DNA of 62,504 nucleotides, filler included. It is 4 parts of 4 records of this genome, joined end to end, with 100 filler letters (N's around TTAATTAATTAA, not from the genome) between each part and the next. Parts side by side here need not be neighbours in the genome. Positions count along the whole stretch, not along the records: positions 53,512 to 62,504 come from SRR31156797_2161; 3 more parts are not named here. The stretch is one strand, 5' to 3'. The notes beneath the pieces were generated by a model. It searched no databases. It saw only the letters and a list, made by a program, of their open reading frames with translations, and had not been told where the DNA came from. Shown in pieces: positions 54,380 through 62,504 of the stretch. The stretch's first letter is position 1, and each line of letters starts with the position of its first letter. A program made the position numbers and the translations under genes.

Positions 54380-55629
54380 TTTTTGGACCATTCCTGCTCG
54401 GTTCTGGCTGGCTGCCAGCTGTTCTTTTTCCATTCCTCGTCCATCGACTCGTCGTAGCGGGCGAAAAATGCCTTGATGCTGCGCAGGGCCTGACGGGTTC
54501 GATGTCGGTTCTCGACCAGGGCCATGCGGACGTATTCGTCGCCGTGCTCGCCGAAACCGACGCCGGGCGCCACCGCGACCTGGGCCTCGCGCAGCAGGAT
54601 CTTCGAAAACTCCAGCGATCCCATATGCTTGAAGGCCGGCGGAATGGGCGCCCAGGCGAACATCGTCGCTTTCGGCCGCGGCACCTCCCAACCGGCCGCC
54701 GCCAGCCCGTCGATCAGAACGTCGCGGCGCTCGCGATAGCGGTTGCGGATTTCATCGACGCAATCCTGCGGACCGTTCAGCGCCGCCGCCGAGGCCACCT
54801 GAATCGGCGTGAAAGCACCGTAATCCAGATACGACTTGTTGCGGGCCAGGGCCTCGATCAGCTTCGGGTTGCCGGTCGCAAAACCGATCCGCCAACCGGG
54901 CATCGAATAGGTTTTGCTCATCGACGTGAATTCGACCGCGATATCCCGGGCGCCGGGCACCTGAAGGATCGACGGCGGCGGTTCGCCCTCGAAATAGATC
55001 TCGGCGTAGGCCAGGTCCGACAGCACGTAAATTCCGTGGAATTTGCAAAAATCGACGACCTGTCCGTAGAAGTCCAGATCGGCCAGTACCGCCGTCGGGT
55101 TGTTCGGATAGTTCAGCACGATCGCCGTTGGTTTCGGCACGCTGTGCTGAACGGCGCGTTCCATGGCGGCCATGAATTCCGGCCCCGGCGCCACCGGAAT
55201 ATTGCGCGCCGCGGCGCCGGCGATGATGAAACCGAACTGATGGATCGGATAGCTCGGATTCGGCACCAGGATGACGTCGCCCGGCGACGTGATGGCCGAC
55301 GACAGATTGGCCAGCCCCTCCTTCGAACCGAGAGTGACGACCGCTTCCTTGTTGGGATCGACGGAAACGTTGAACCGGCGCTCGTAATAGGCCGATATGG
55401 CCTTGCGCAGGCCCGGGATGCCGCGCGAGGTCGAATATCTGTGCGTGCGCGGGTTCTGGACCGTTTCGATCAGCTTGTCGACGATATGACGCGGGGTCGG
55501 CGTGTCCGGGTTGCCCATACCAAAATCGATGATGTCGTCGCCGGCGGCGCGGGCGCGCGCCTTCATGGCGTCGACTTCGGCGAATACGTACGGCGGCAGC
55601 CGCCTTATGCGGTGAAATTCCTGTTCCAT
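54376..55629 (-). CDS. Class I/II PLP aminotransferase (AlaC/YfdZ or LL-DAP-AT-like)
   Basis: [29 protein letters not shown] and [14 protein letters not shown]; upstream of hom. Confidence 0.9.
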   Translation of the reverse strand: MEQEFHRIRRLPPYVFAEVDAMKARARAAGDDIIDFGMGNPDTPTPRHIVDKLIETVQNPRTHRYSTSRGIPGLRKAISAYYERRFNVSVDPNKEAVVTLGSKEGLANLSSAITSPGDVILVPNPSYPIHQFGFIIAGAAARNIPVAPGPEFMAAMERAVQHSVPKPTAIVLNYPNNPTAVLADLDFYGQVVDFCKFHGIYVLSDLAYAEIYFEGEPPPSILQVPGARDIAVEFTSMSKTYSMPGWRIGFATGNPKLIEALARNKSYLDYGAFTPIQVASAAALNGPQDCVDEIRNRYRERRDVLIDGLAAAGWEVPRPKATMFAWAPIPPAFKHMGSLEFSKILLREAQVAVAPGVGFGEHGDEYVRMALVENRHRTRQALRSIKAFFARYDESMDEEWKKNSWQPARTEQEWSKK

Positions 55630-55704
55630 GAGCCTCTTACGCCAAACGGGTTTATGCCGTCTCGAACCTGTCGAGATAGATATAACGCTGTTCTGTCAGA
55701 CAGG

Positions 55705-56922
55705 CTAGAAATCCAGAAAGATTTCGGCCCGGCGGTTGCCCGCCTCGCCCGACGGCATGAATTCGAAATAGACGGGTTCGCTGTCGGATTTCGCGGTTAC
55801 CACGACGGTGTCCGAACCGGCGCCCAGACCAATCAGTTCCTGGGCGATGTTCTGGGCGCGGTCAACCGAAACCTGATAGTTGACCATCGTGTGGCGAACC
55901 GGATCCATATTGACCGTGCGGGCGCTGGCATGGCCGACGACGCGGATGGTTCCGCCCCGTTCGGACTGCAACGCCACGACATTGCGCAAAATGGCCCGGT
56001 CCCGAGAATCCAGGGTCGCCGATCCAGACGCGAACTGGATGGTCGCCACCTTCATCGAACCGGTGTTGCCGGTCCGGCCGCCTGCGGCCGAACCGGATGC
56101 CTTCCTCGGCGACGGCCTCGGCGCCATCGCCAGCTCCGGCGCAAACCGCGGGGCCGCAACGGGGGCCGGTTGACTGGCCCCCGAGACTCCTTCCTCTATG
56201 CCGGACGACGAAATCACAACCGTATCGAAAGACCCGGCGGACGGCATCGCCGCATTTGCCGGCGGAATCGGTTGCGCCATCCTGGGCGCGACATCGGTCG
56301 ATTGGGGCATCGCCCCCGCCGTCGCCGGCCGCGCCGGCATCGGCGGCGGTTCCAGGGAAACGCGCGGTGCCGGTGGCGGTGTCGCGGCCATCTGTGTCGG
56401 TGCCGCCGCCATCGGTTGCGACGGTTGCACCGTCGCCGGCTTCGGCACCGGAGCCGTTTGAACGGGTGCAATCGGTGACGGTGTCGCCGGCAGCGCCGGT
56501 ACGGCACCGGCAGGCGTTTCCGGTACCGCCGCCGCGGCCCGGGTGTCGCCAAGCACATTGGTCGGCGCCGCCTGCCGCGAGATGGTCGGCGCATAGCGCC
56601 GGTTTTCGCGGTCGGCGACCAGGCCTTCGGCAATCTGTTCGCGTTCCTTCACGTTGGATGTCTGCGGCCTGTCCGGAACGGTTCCGAGGTTCGGAAACGC
56701 CTCGTCGCCGCCGGGCGCCGGCTGCGGCTTCGCCGCGGTCTGCGCCTGTTCCTCGTCGCCGGAAAACAGATCGACGGTATTTTCGTACCATTTCACCGGG
56801 TTTACCGCGTCAGGAACGCTGGAACACCCGCCAAGCACGACAGATACCACAACCGCCGCCGCGATCCCGCGCCAACGGAAACCCCGATTAACCCCGCGCC
56901 GTTTCAATTCCTCTTCAACCAT
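55705..56922 (-). CDS. Lipoprotein with a Pro/Ala-rich linker and C-terminal OmpA-like peptidoglycan-binding domain
   Basis: Lipobox VLGG-C; IQFASGSATL, VVGHAS and GNRRAEIF. Start uncertain. Confidence 0.85.
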   Translation of the reverse strand: MVEEELKRRGVNRGFRWRGIAAAVVVSVVLGGCSSVPDAVNPVKWYENTVDLFSGDEEQAQTAAKPQPAPGGDEAFPNLGTVPDRPQTSNVKEREQIAEGLVADRENRRYAPTISRQAAPTNVLGDTRAAAAVPETPAGAVPALPATPSPIAPVQTAPVPKPATVQPSQPMAAAPTQMAATPPPAPRVSLEPPPMPARPATAGAMPQSTDVAPRMAQPIPPANAAMPSAGSFDTVVISSSGIEEGVSGASQPAPVAAPRFAPELAMAPRPSPRKASGSAAGGRTGNTGSMKVATIQFASGSATLDSRDRAILRNVVALQSERGGTIRVVGHASARTVNMDPVRHTMVNYQVSVDRAQNIAQELIGLGAGSDTVVVTAKSDSEPVYFEFMPSGEAGNRRAEIFLDF

Positions 56923-57161
56923 GGCTTCCGGAGCCTCCTCTGCTCCAACCCAACGGCCCACCATGTGCCCCAGGAGGCTACGGTGCCGGAACTTCGTTAA
57001 CACATTGCAAACGCGGGTTTTGTTCCCCCGAAAGTTCGGTGCCCCGCAAATCGCGATCGGACGATTCGCCAAGCCGCCCCTTCCCAAGCGTTTCCTGCAC
57101 AAGGATCATAAAGGATAGGCTTAGCGCCAATCAACCGAAGGCACACCATAAAAACACGATT

Positions 57162-57881
57162 TCATCGGTCTTTCCGGTCCGGTAGGGTCAGCCAATACCT
57201 CATGGCGGCGCTGACGGCGTGCGGTTGTTCGAGCGGAGACAGGTGTCCGCAGTCCTCGATGATCACGAATGCGGCATTGGGAATCGCGGCGGCCATGTCG
57301 GCGTGAACGTCAGGCGGCGTCAGTCCGTCCTGGCGGCCGCACAGCACCAAAGTCGGGCAATGCACCAGGCCCAGATCGCGACGGCTGTCCGGCCGCGTCA
57401 TGATTGCCTGTTGCTGCCGGATGAAACCTTCGCGGCCGACGCCTTGGGCCATATCGCCCAGGACCTTGAACAGATCGGCGTCCGCCGACCGGTCGGGATG
57501 GACCAGCATCGGGAACAGGCGCCGGGTCACCCCCTTGAAGTCGCCGCGGCGGGCCAGATCGATCAGTCCGCGGCGGCGTTCGGTCTGTTCCGGGCTGTCG
57601 GCCAGGGGCGAGGTATCGAGCAGGGCAAGCCGGCGAATGCGGTCGGGTGCCTGACGCATGATCTCCAGCGCCAGGTATCCACCCATGGACAGACCGGCCA
57701 GGGCGAAGCTTTCCGGCGCCGCCAACAGAACCCGGCCGGCCATCGGCCCCAATTGATCGTCGATGGTCAGATCCGCCACCTGCATGTCGGCGATATCGAC
57801 GAGCGTATCGGTCTGATGGCGCCAAAGCGCCGCATCGTTCAGCAGGCCGGGCAAAAGAACCAAAGGCGTTTTTTCCGTCAT
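57162..57881 (-). CDS. Alpha/beta-fold hydrolase
   Basis: LLPGLL, GLSMGG, GRQDGLTP and CGHLSPLE. Confidence 0.9.
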   Translation of the reverse strand: MTEKTPLVLLPGLLNDAALWRHQTDTLVDIADMQVADLTIDDQLGPMAGRVLLAAPESFALAGLSMGGYLALEIMRQAPDRIRRLALLDTSPLADSPEQTERRRGLIDLARRGDFKGVTRRLFPMLVHPDRSADADLFKVLGDMAQGVGREGFIRQQQAIMTRPDSRRDLGLVHCPTLVLCGRQDGLTPPDVHADMAAAIPNAAFVIIEDCGHLSPLEQPHAVSAAMRYWLTLPDRKDR

Positions 57882-58091
57882 CGCTTCCATTCCTGGCCGG
57901 AAAAACCGGCGCCAAATCGATTTTGACCCCGAAGTTACCGGTGAAATTAGCGAAACCGGGCGAAAACACAAAGGATTAGGCGTTGCGGCAATTGACTTGA
58001 GGGCGGAACAGCCTAATATCCCCGCTGCCGCGCGGTTGATCACTAAGCGTTTTTTTTCAGAGTCCAATCCCGCCGGCCGGATCCGCACCGT

Positions 58092-59609
58092 ATGAATTTT
58101 TCAGATCTTGGTCTAAGCGACGATGTCTTGCGTGCCGTTACCGACGCAGGCTACACGGAGCCTACGCCCGTTCAGGCACAAGCAATTCCGATCGTGTTGC
58201 AGGGACGGGACGTTCTGGTCTGCGCCCAAACAGGCACAGGAAAGACCGCATCCTTCACCCTGCCGATGATCGAGATCCTGGCCGCCGGCCAGGCGAAGGC
58301 GCGGATGCCACGGACTCTGATCCTGGAACCGACGCGGGAACTTGCCGCCCAGGTCGCCCAGAGCTTCGAGGTTTACGGCAAACACCACCGGCTTTCGAAG
58401 GCCCTGCTCATCGGCGGCGAATCGCTGGCCGACCAAATGCGGGTCGTCGATCGCGGCGTCGATGTGCTGATTGCCACTCCGGGCCGGCTTTTGGATATGT
58501 TCGAACGCGGCCGGCTGTTGCTGACCAATGTCAAGATATTGGTCATCGACGAAGCCGATCGCATGCTTGATATGGGATTCATCCCCGACGTGGAAAAAAT
58601 CGTTTCTCTCGTTTCGCGAATGCGCCAAACCCTGTTCTTTTCGGCAACCATGCCGCGGGAAATCCGCCGGCTTGCCGATTCCTTCCTGAGCAATCCGAAG
58701 CAGATCACGGTATCGCCGCCTTCAACGCCTGCCGAAACCGTGAAGCAGTCCCTGATCATGGTAAATCTGCCGAAGGGAAGCAAACCGGGCGGTGGCCAGA
58801 AGGAAAAACGCGCCGCCCTGCGCAAGTCGCTGGAATCGGAGGATGTCAAAAACGCCCTCGTTTTCTGTAACCGCAAGCGCGATATCGGTGTCCTTCATCG
58901 CTCGCTCACCCGCCACGGGTTCGACGCCGGGCAACTGCATGGCGACATGGCGCAATCGGCGCGAACCGAAACGCTCGGTGCCTTCAAACGCGGTGAAATA
59001 CGTTTGCTGATCTGCAGCGACGTCGCCGCTCGCGGCCTCGACATCCAGGACATGAGCCACGTCTACAATTTCGACGTGCCGAGCCACGCCGAGGACTATG
59101 TGCACCGCATCGGGCGGACCGGTCGGGCCGGACGGTCGGGACATGCGATCACCATCGCGACCTTTGAGGACCGCAAATACCTGGCGCATATTTCGCAACT
59201 GATCGGCAAACCGATACCGCCCGCCCAGGAAACCGCGGCGGAAGCGGACAAGCCGGCGCCGGAAGCGCCAAGCGCACCGGCAACCGAAACGCCCCCGGCA
59301 CCCGAGACCGAAACGGCCGCCGAACCCAAGGAACGCCGCCGTCGCCGTTCGCGGGGCGGAAAACGGGCCGAAGGCGACACCAGGCAGAAGGCCCCGGCTG
59401 CCGCAAAGGAACGCGCCCCGGCTGCGTCAAAGGATCGCGCCCCGGCTGCTGCAAAAAAAGCGGCGCAGGAGCCGAAACGCGGCCGAGGCTCCGAACGCAG
59501 TGAACCGGTTCGCGGAATGGGCGATCATGTTCCGGCCTTCATCATGCGGTCGGCCTACGACACTCCCGCCGCGGCGCCGAAGAAAAGGCGCGTTTCCAAA
59601 AAAACCTGA
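58092..59609 (+). CDS. DEAD-box RNA helicase (RhlE-like)
   Basis: Q motif, AQTGTGKT, PTRELA, DEAD, SAT, ARGLD and HRIGRTGR; basic C-terminal tail. Confidence 0.95.
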   Translation: MNFSDLGLSDDVLRAVTDAGYTEPTPVQAQAIPIVLQGRDVLVCAQTGTGKTASFTLPMIEILAAGQAKARMPRTLILEPTRELAAQVAQSFEVYGKHHRLSKALLIGGESLADQMRVVDRGVDVLIATPGRLLDMFERGRLLLTNVKILVIDEADRMLDMGFIPDVEKIVSLVSRMRQTLFFSATMPREIRRLADSFLSNPKQITVSPPSTPAETVKQSLIMVNLPKGSKPGGGQKEKRAALRKSLESEDVKNALVFCNRKRDIGVLHRSLTRHGFDAGQLHGDMAQSARTETLGAFKRGEIRLLICSDVAARGLDIQDMSHVYNFDVPSHAEDYVHRIGRTGRAGRSGHAITIATFEDRKYLAHISQLIGKPIPPAQETAAEADKPAPEAPSAPATETPPAPETETAAEPKERRRRRSRGGKRAEGDTRQKAPAAAKERAPAASKDRAPAAAKKAAQEPKRGRGSERSEPVRGMGDHVPAFIMRSAYDTPAAAPKKRRVSKKT

Positions 59610-59644
59610 CAGAGCCCCGAACACAGGCGGTTGGCCGCAAAGCC

Positions 59645-60094
59645 TTATTCCACCATGAATACGGTCGGTTCCGAATCCGAGACCGTATAGGTGGTCCACG
59701 CCTCGTCCTTGGTGCCGGACATCCCCGGGCTTCCTTGCGGCATTCCCGGCAGGGCGATCCCACGGACGTTGTCGGGGCGCTGGCTTAGCAGGCTTTCGAT
59801 GGCCTGAAGGGTGACGTGGCCCTCGATCACATAGTTGTCGATAACCGCCGTGTGGCAGGACCAAAGCTCCTCGTTGACGTTCAGGAACTCCTTGATCGGC
59901 GTAACGTCGTCCATTTCCTTGACGCGAACCGAATAACCGGCGTTCCGCATGTAGTCGACCCAGCCGCCGCAGCAGCCGCATTGCGGCGATTTGTAGACGG
60001 TCACCTTTTTCTCATCGGCAATAGCCTGGGGCGCCGAAAGGGCAACCGCCATGACCATGGCGATAAAAGCTGAAATCAGGCGAGGAAGGATCAT
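59645..60094 (-). CDS. DUF411 family exported metal-binding protein
   Basis: YKSPQCGCC, SCHTA, IEGHV and GIALPGMPQGSPGM. Confidence 0.88.
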   Translation of the reverse strand: MILPRLISAFIAMVMAVALSAPQAIADEKKVTVYKSPQCGCCGGWVDYMRNAGYSVRVKEMDDVTPIKEFLNVNEELWSCHTAVIDNYVIEGHVTLQAIESLLSQRPDNVRGIALPGMPQGSPGMSGTKDEAWTTYTVSDSEPTVFMVE

Positions 60095-60279
60095 CCGACG
60101 AATTCCTTTGGTCGATCCGGCCGACGATTGCGGACCGGACATGGTTTTTTAATTGTTCGAATTCGCATTCGACCATGAATCCGATCGCCTCTTCAACCCT
60201 GCATTTGGGTCGGATATTTCAGAAAAAACCGGGTAACAGGCGGGAAATCCGCCAGATCGCCGGCCGGCCCGGCGAAACC

Positions 60280-61410
60280 TCAGATATAATATTCCTCGAG
60301 CGGCGGAAAGCCGTTGAAACCGACCGAAGCATAGGTCGTCGTGTAGGCCGCGGTATTGAGCAGCCTCACTTTGTCACCGACCTGCAGGTCGGCAGGCAGA
60401 TCGTAGCGCGCCGTTTCATACATGATGTCGGCGGAATCGCAGGTCGGTCCGGCCAGCACCACGGGCCCCACCCCGCCGCCGCGCCCCGGAACGGCGATCT
60501 CGTACTGGATGCACTCGTCGATGGTTTCCGAGAGCCCCCCGAATTTGCCGATGTCGAGATAGACCCAACGCCGCCCATCGATGAACTGCTTGTCCGAGAT
60601 GAGCACAACTTCGCTTTCGATCGCGCCGGCCGTGCCGACGATGGATCGTCCCGGCTCGGCGATCAGATCCAGCGTCATATCGCTCAGATGTTCGGCCATC
60701 GCCGCGTCAATCACCGCGGTGATTTCTTCGAGTGAAGCGACGTCGTTGCGGTAACGGATGGGGAAGCCGCCACCCAGGTTGAGCGAACGCACCGTCAATC
60801 CGTCGGCTGCGAGGCCGTGAATGACGAAGGCGGCGCGTTCGATCGCCACACGCCATTGGTTGGCGATGGTTTGTTGAGAGCCGACATGAAACGAAATCCC
60901 GAACGCATCGAGACCACGCTCGCGCGCCTCCAGCATCAAAGCTTGCGCGGATTCGAGGGAACAGCCGAATTTACGCGCCAAGGGCCAGTCGGCGCCTTCG
61001 GTCGGTACCGCAATGCGGCAGTAAACGCCGGCCCCCGGTGCCGCTTCGGCCAGTTTGGCGAGTTCGGCGTCGCTGTCAAAGGCGAAGACCCGCACGCCTA
61101 AGTCATAGGCACGAGCGATGTCGGCCTTTTTCTTCACCGTACTGCCGTAATGAATGCGGTCCGGTGCAATTCCGAGGGCCAGACAGGCGTCGATCTCGTG
61201 AATCGAGGCGGCGTCGAAGAAAGACCCGAGGTCGTGAAGCAGTTCAACCACCTCGATGGCCGGGTTGGCCTTGACCGCATAGGCAACCTTGACCGACGGT
61301 AATGTCGCACGCCAATGCCGGAAATTCCCGGCAACCACGTCCAGATCGACCACCAAGCAAGGCGTTTCGGGACTCTTATCAGCAAGAAAGCGCTCGATTT
61401 TCGGAGTCAT
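60280..61410 (-). CDS. Fold-type III PLP-dependent ornithine/lysine decarboxylase
   Basis: YAVKAN, FDAAS, KFG, SFHVGSQ, NLGGGF, EPGR, GPTCDSAD and GFNGF. Confidence 0.93.
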   Translation of the reverse strand: MTPKIERFLADKSPETPCLVVDLDVVAGNFRHWRATLPSVKVAYAVKANPAIEVVELLHDLGSFFDAASIHEIDACLALGIAPDRIHYGSTVKKKADIARAYDLGVRVFAFDSDAELAKLAEAAPGAGVYCRIAVPTEGADWPLARKFGCSLESAQALMLEARERGLDAFGISFHVGSQQTIANQWRVAIERAAFVIHGLAADGLTVRSLNLGGGFPIRYRNDVASLEEITAVIDAAMAEHLSDMTLDLIAEPGRSIVGTAGAIESEVVLISDKQFIDGRRWVYLDIGKFGGLSETIDECIQYEIAVPGRGGGVGPVVLAGPTCDSADIMYETARYDLPADLQVGDKVRLLNTAAYTTTYASVGFNGFPPLEEYYI

Positions 61411-61456
61411 CGCGCCCCTCCAGCACCCGCTATCCGGTCCTGGCCGGGAAATGTGC

Positions 61457-62452
61457 TCAGATCAGGCCGCCGATCGGCGACGACGGATCGGCATACAGCT
61501 TTTTCGGCATGCGCCCGGCCAGATAGGCCAGACGGCCGGCCTGGATCGCCGCCTTCATCGCCTTGGCCATCAGGATCGGATCCTTGGCATCGGCGATGGC
61601 GGTGTTCATCAACACGCCGTCGCAGCCCAGTTCCATGGCAACGGCGGCATCCGACGCCGTACCGACACCGGCATCGACCAGCACCGGCACGTTGGACTGT
61701 TCCTTGATCAGGCGGATATTGACCGGGCTTTGCACGCCCAGCCCCGATCCGATCGGCGCCGCCAACGGCATGATCGCCGCACAGCCCAGATCCTCCAGCC
61801 TTTTCGCCATGATCGGGTCGTCGCTGCAATAAACCATGACCTGGAACCCTTCCTTGATCAGGGTTTCAGCCGCCGACAGGGTTTCGATCATGTTCGGATA
61901 CAACGTCTTCTGATCGCCCAGGACCTCGAGCTTGACCAGGTCCCAACCGCCGGCCTCGCGGGCCAGCCGCAGGGTGCGCAGCGCATCTTCCTGGGTGAAA
62001 CAGCCGGCCGTGTTCGGCAGGTAGGTGTATTTTTTCGGATCGACGTAATCGACCAGCATCGGCTGGCTGGGGTCGGTGACATTGACCCGGCGGACAGCGA
62101 CGGTGACGATTTCGGCACCCGACGCCTCGATGGCGCGGGCGGTTTCCTCAAGGTCCTTGTATTTGCCGGTGCCGACCAGAAGGCGCGAGGTGAAGCTGCG
62201 CCCGGCGACCACGAACGGATCGTCGCCGGTGCCGGTAGCCGCGCCGTCAGGCGCCCCGCCGCCGATAAAATGGACGATTTCATAGCGGTCGCCGTCGGCA
62301 ACGTCGGTTTTCGCATAGGCCGATTTCGGAACCAGTTCGAGGTTCCGCTCGACCGCCACTTTTCGCGAATCCAAGCCGATTTCGCCCAAAAGGCTTTCCA
62401 CCGTCATCGGAGCGTCAACCCCGCGCTCTTCGCCATTGATTGTCACGCGCAT
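61457..62452 (-). CDS. thiG: ThiS-ThiG fusion (sulfur carrier plus thiazole synthase)
   Basis: N-terminal ThiS (INGE...VAVERN..LVPK...EIVHFIGGG) in frame with ThiG ([33 protein letters not shown]). Confidence 0.93.
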   Translation of the reverse strand: MRVTINGEERGVDAPMTVESLLGEIGLDSRKVAVERNLELVPKSAYAKTDVADGDRYEIVHFIGGGAPDGAATGTGDDPFVVAGRSFTSRLLVGTGKYKDLEETARAIEASGAEIVTVAVRRVNVTDPSQPMLVDYVDPKKYTYLPNTAGCFTQEDALRTLRLAREAGGWDLVKLEVLGDQKTLYPNMIETLSAAETLIKEGFQVMVYCSDDPIMAKRLEDLGCAAIMPLAAPIGSGLGVQSPVNIRLIKEQSNVPVLVDAGVGTASDAAVAMELGCDGVLMNTAIADAKDPILMAKAMKAAIQAGRLAYLAGRMPKKLYADPSSPIGGLI

Positions 62453-62504
62453 GAAATTTTCACCTGTCCGTGTCGAAAATGATCCATTCCGCTTCCAAGG
62501 ACAA

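Noticed and set aside
54502-56478. 658-aa plus-strand ORF and other overlapping ORFs in contig D
   Set aside because: Antisense or alternate-frame shadows of well-supported genes in high-GC DNA; Arg-rich without motifs.

Overview
This window is not one genome. It is four contigs joined by identical 100-bp spacers (44 N + TTAATTAATTAA + 44 N at 22117-22216, 39925-40024 and 53412-53511), so gene neighbourhoods must not be read across them. Taxon calls below are inferred from protein style, not from a search. Contig A (1-22116) looks like a Methanosarcinaceae archaeon. It carries acs, a modD-like gene, thioredoxin, an MBL hydrolase, an EMC6-like gene with ABCE1, TetR with two DUF1638-like genes, AIM24, an OYE oxidoreductase, a split ABC system with a PrsW-fused permease, MscS and MarR-MATE. 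Contig B (22217-39924) looks like a spirochaete. It has tRNA-Asp and tRNA-Pro, then a ~201-bp structured tandem repeat anchored on the tRNA 3' end. An operon follows, encoding a secreted tail-collar fibre, an FN3 lipoprotein and a >4,700-aa secreted multidomain protein. Contig C (40025-53411) is also spirochaete-like. It has a two-component system with exported thioredoxin and a CcdA-MsrB fusion, and a coupled operon of TPR/beta-barrel, active transglutaminase-7TM, ATP-grasp and a large TPR protein, followed by an acidic-tailed exported protein. Contig D (53512-62504) is GC-rich and alphaproteobacterial-like housekeeping DNA: hom, aminotransferase, OmpA, hydrolase, DEAD-box helicase, DUF411, ornithine decarboxylase and a thiS-thiG fusion. 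The best candidates for undescribed systems are the giant-protein/tail-fibre locus, the covarying GGA-rich tRNA-Pro-linked RNA repeats, and the ATP-grasp/transglutaminase/barrel operon.
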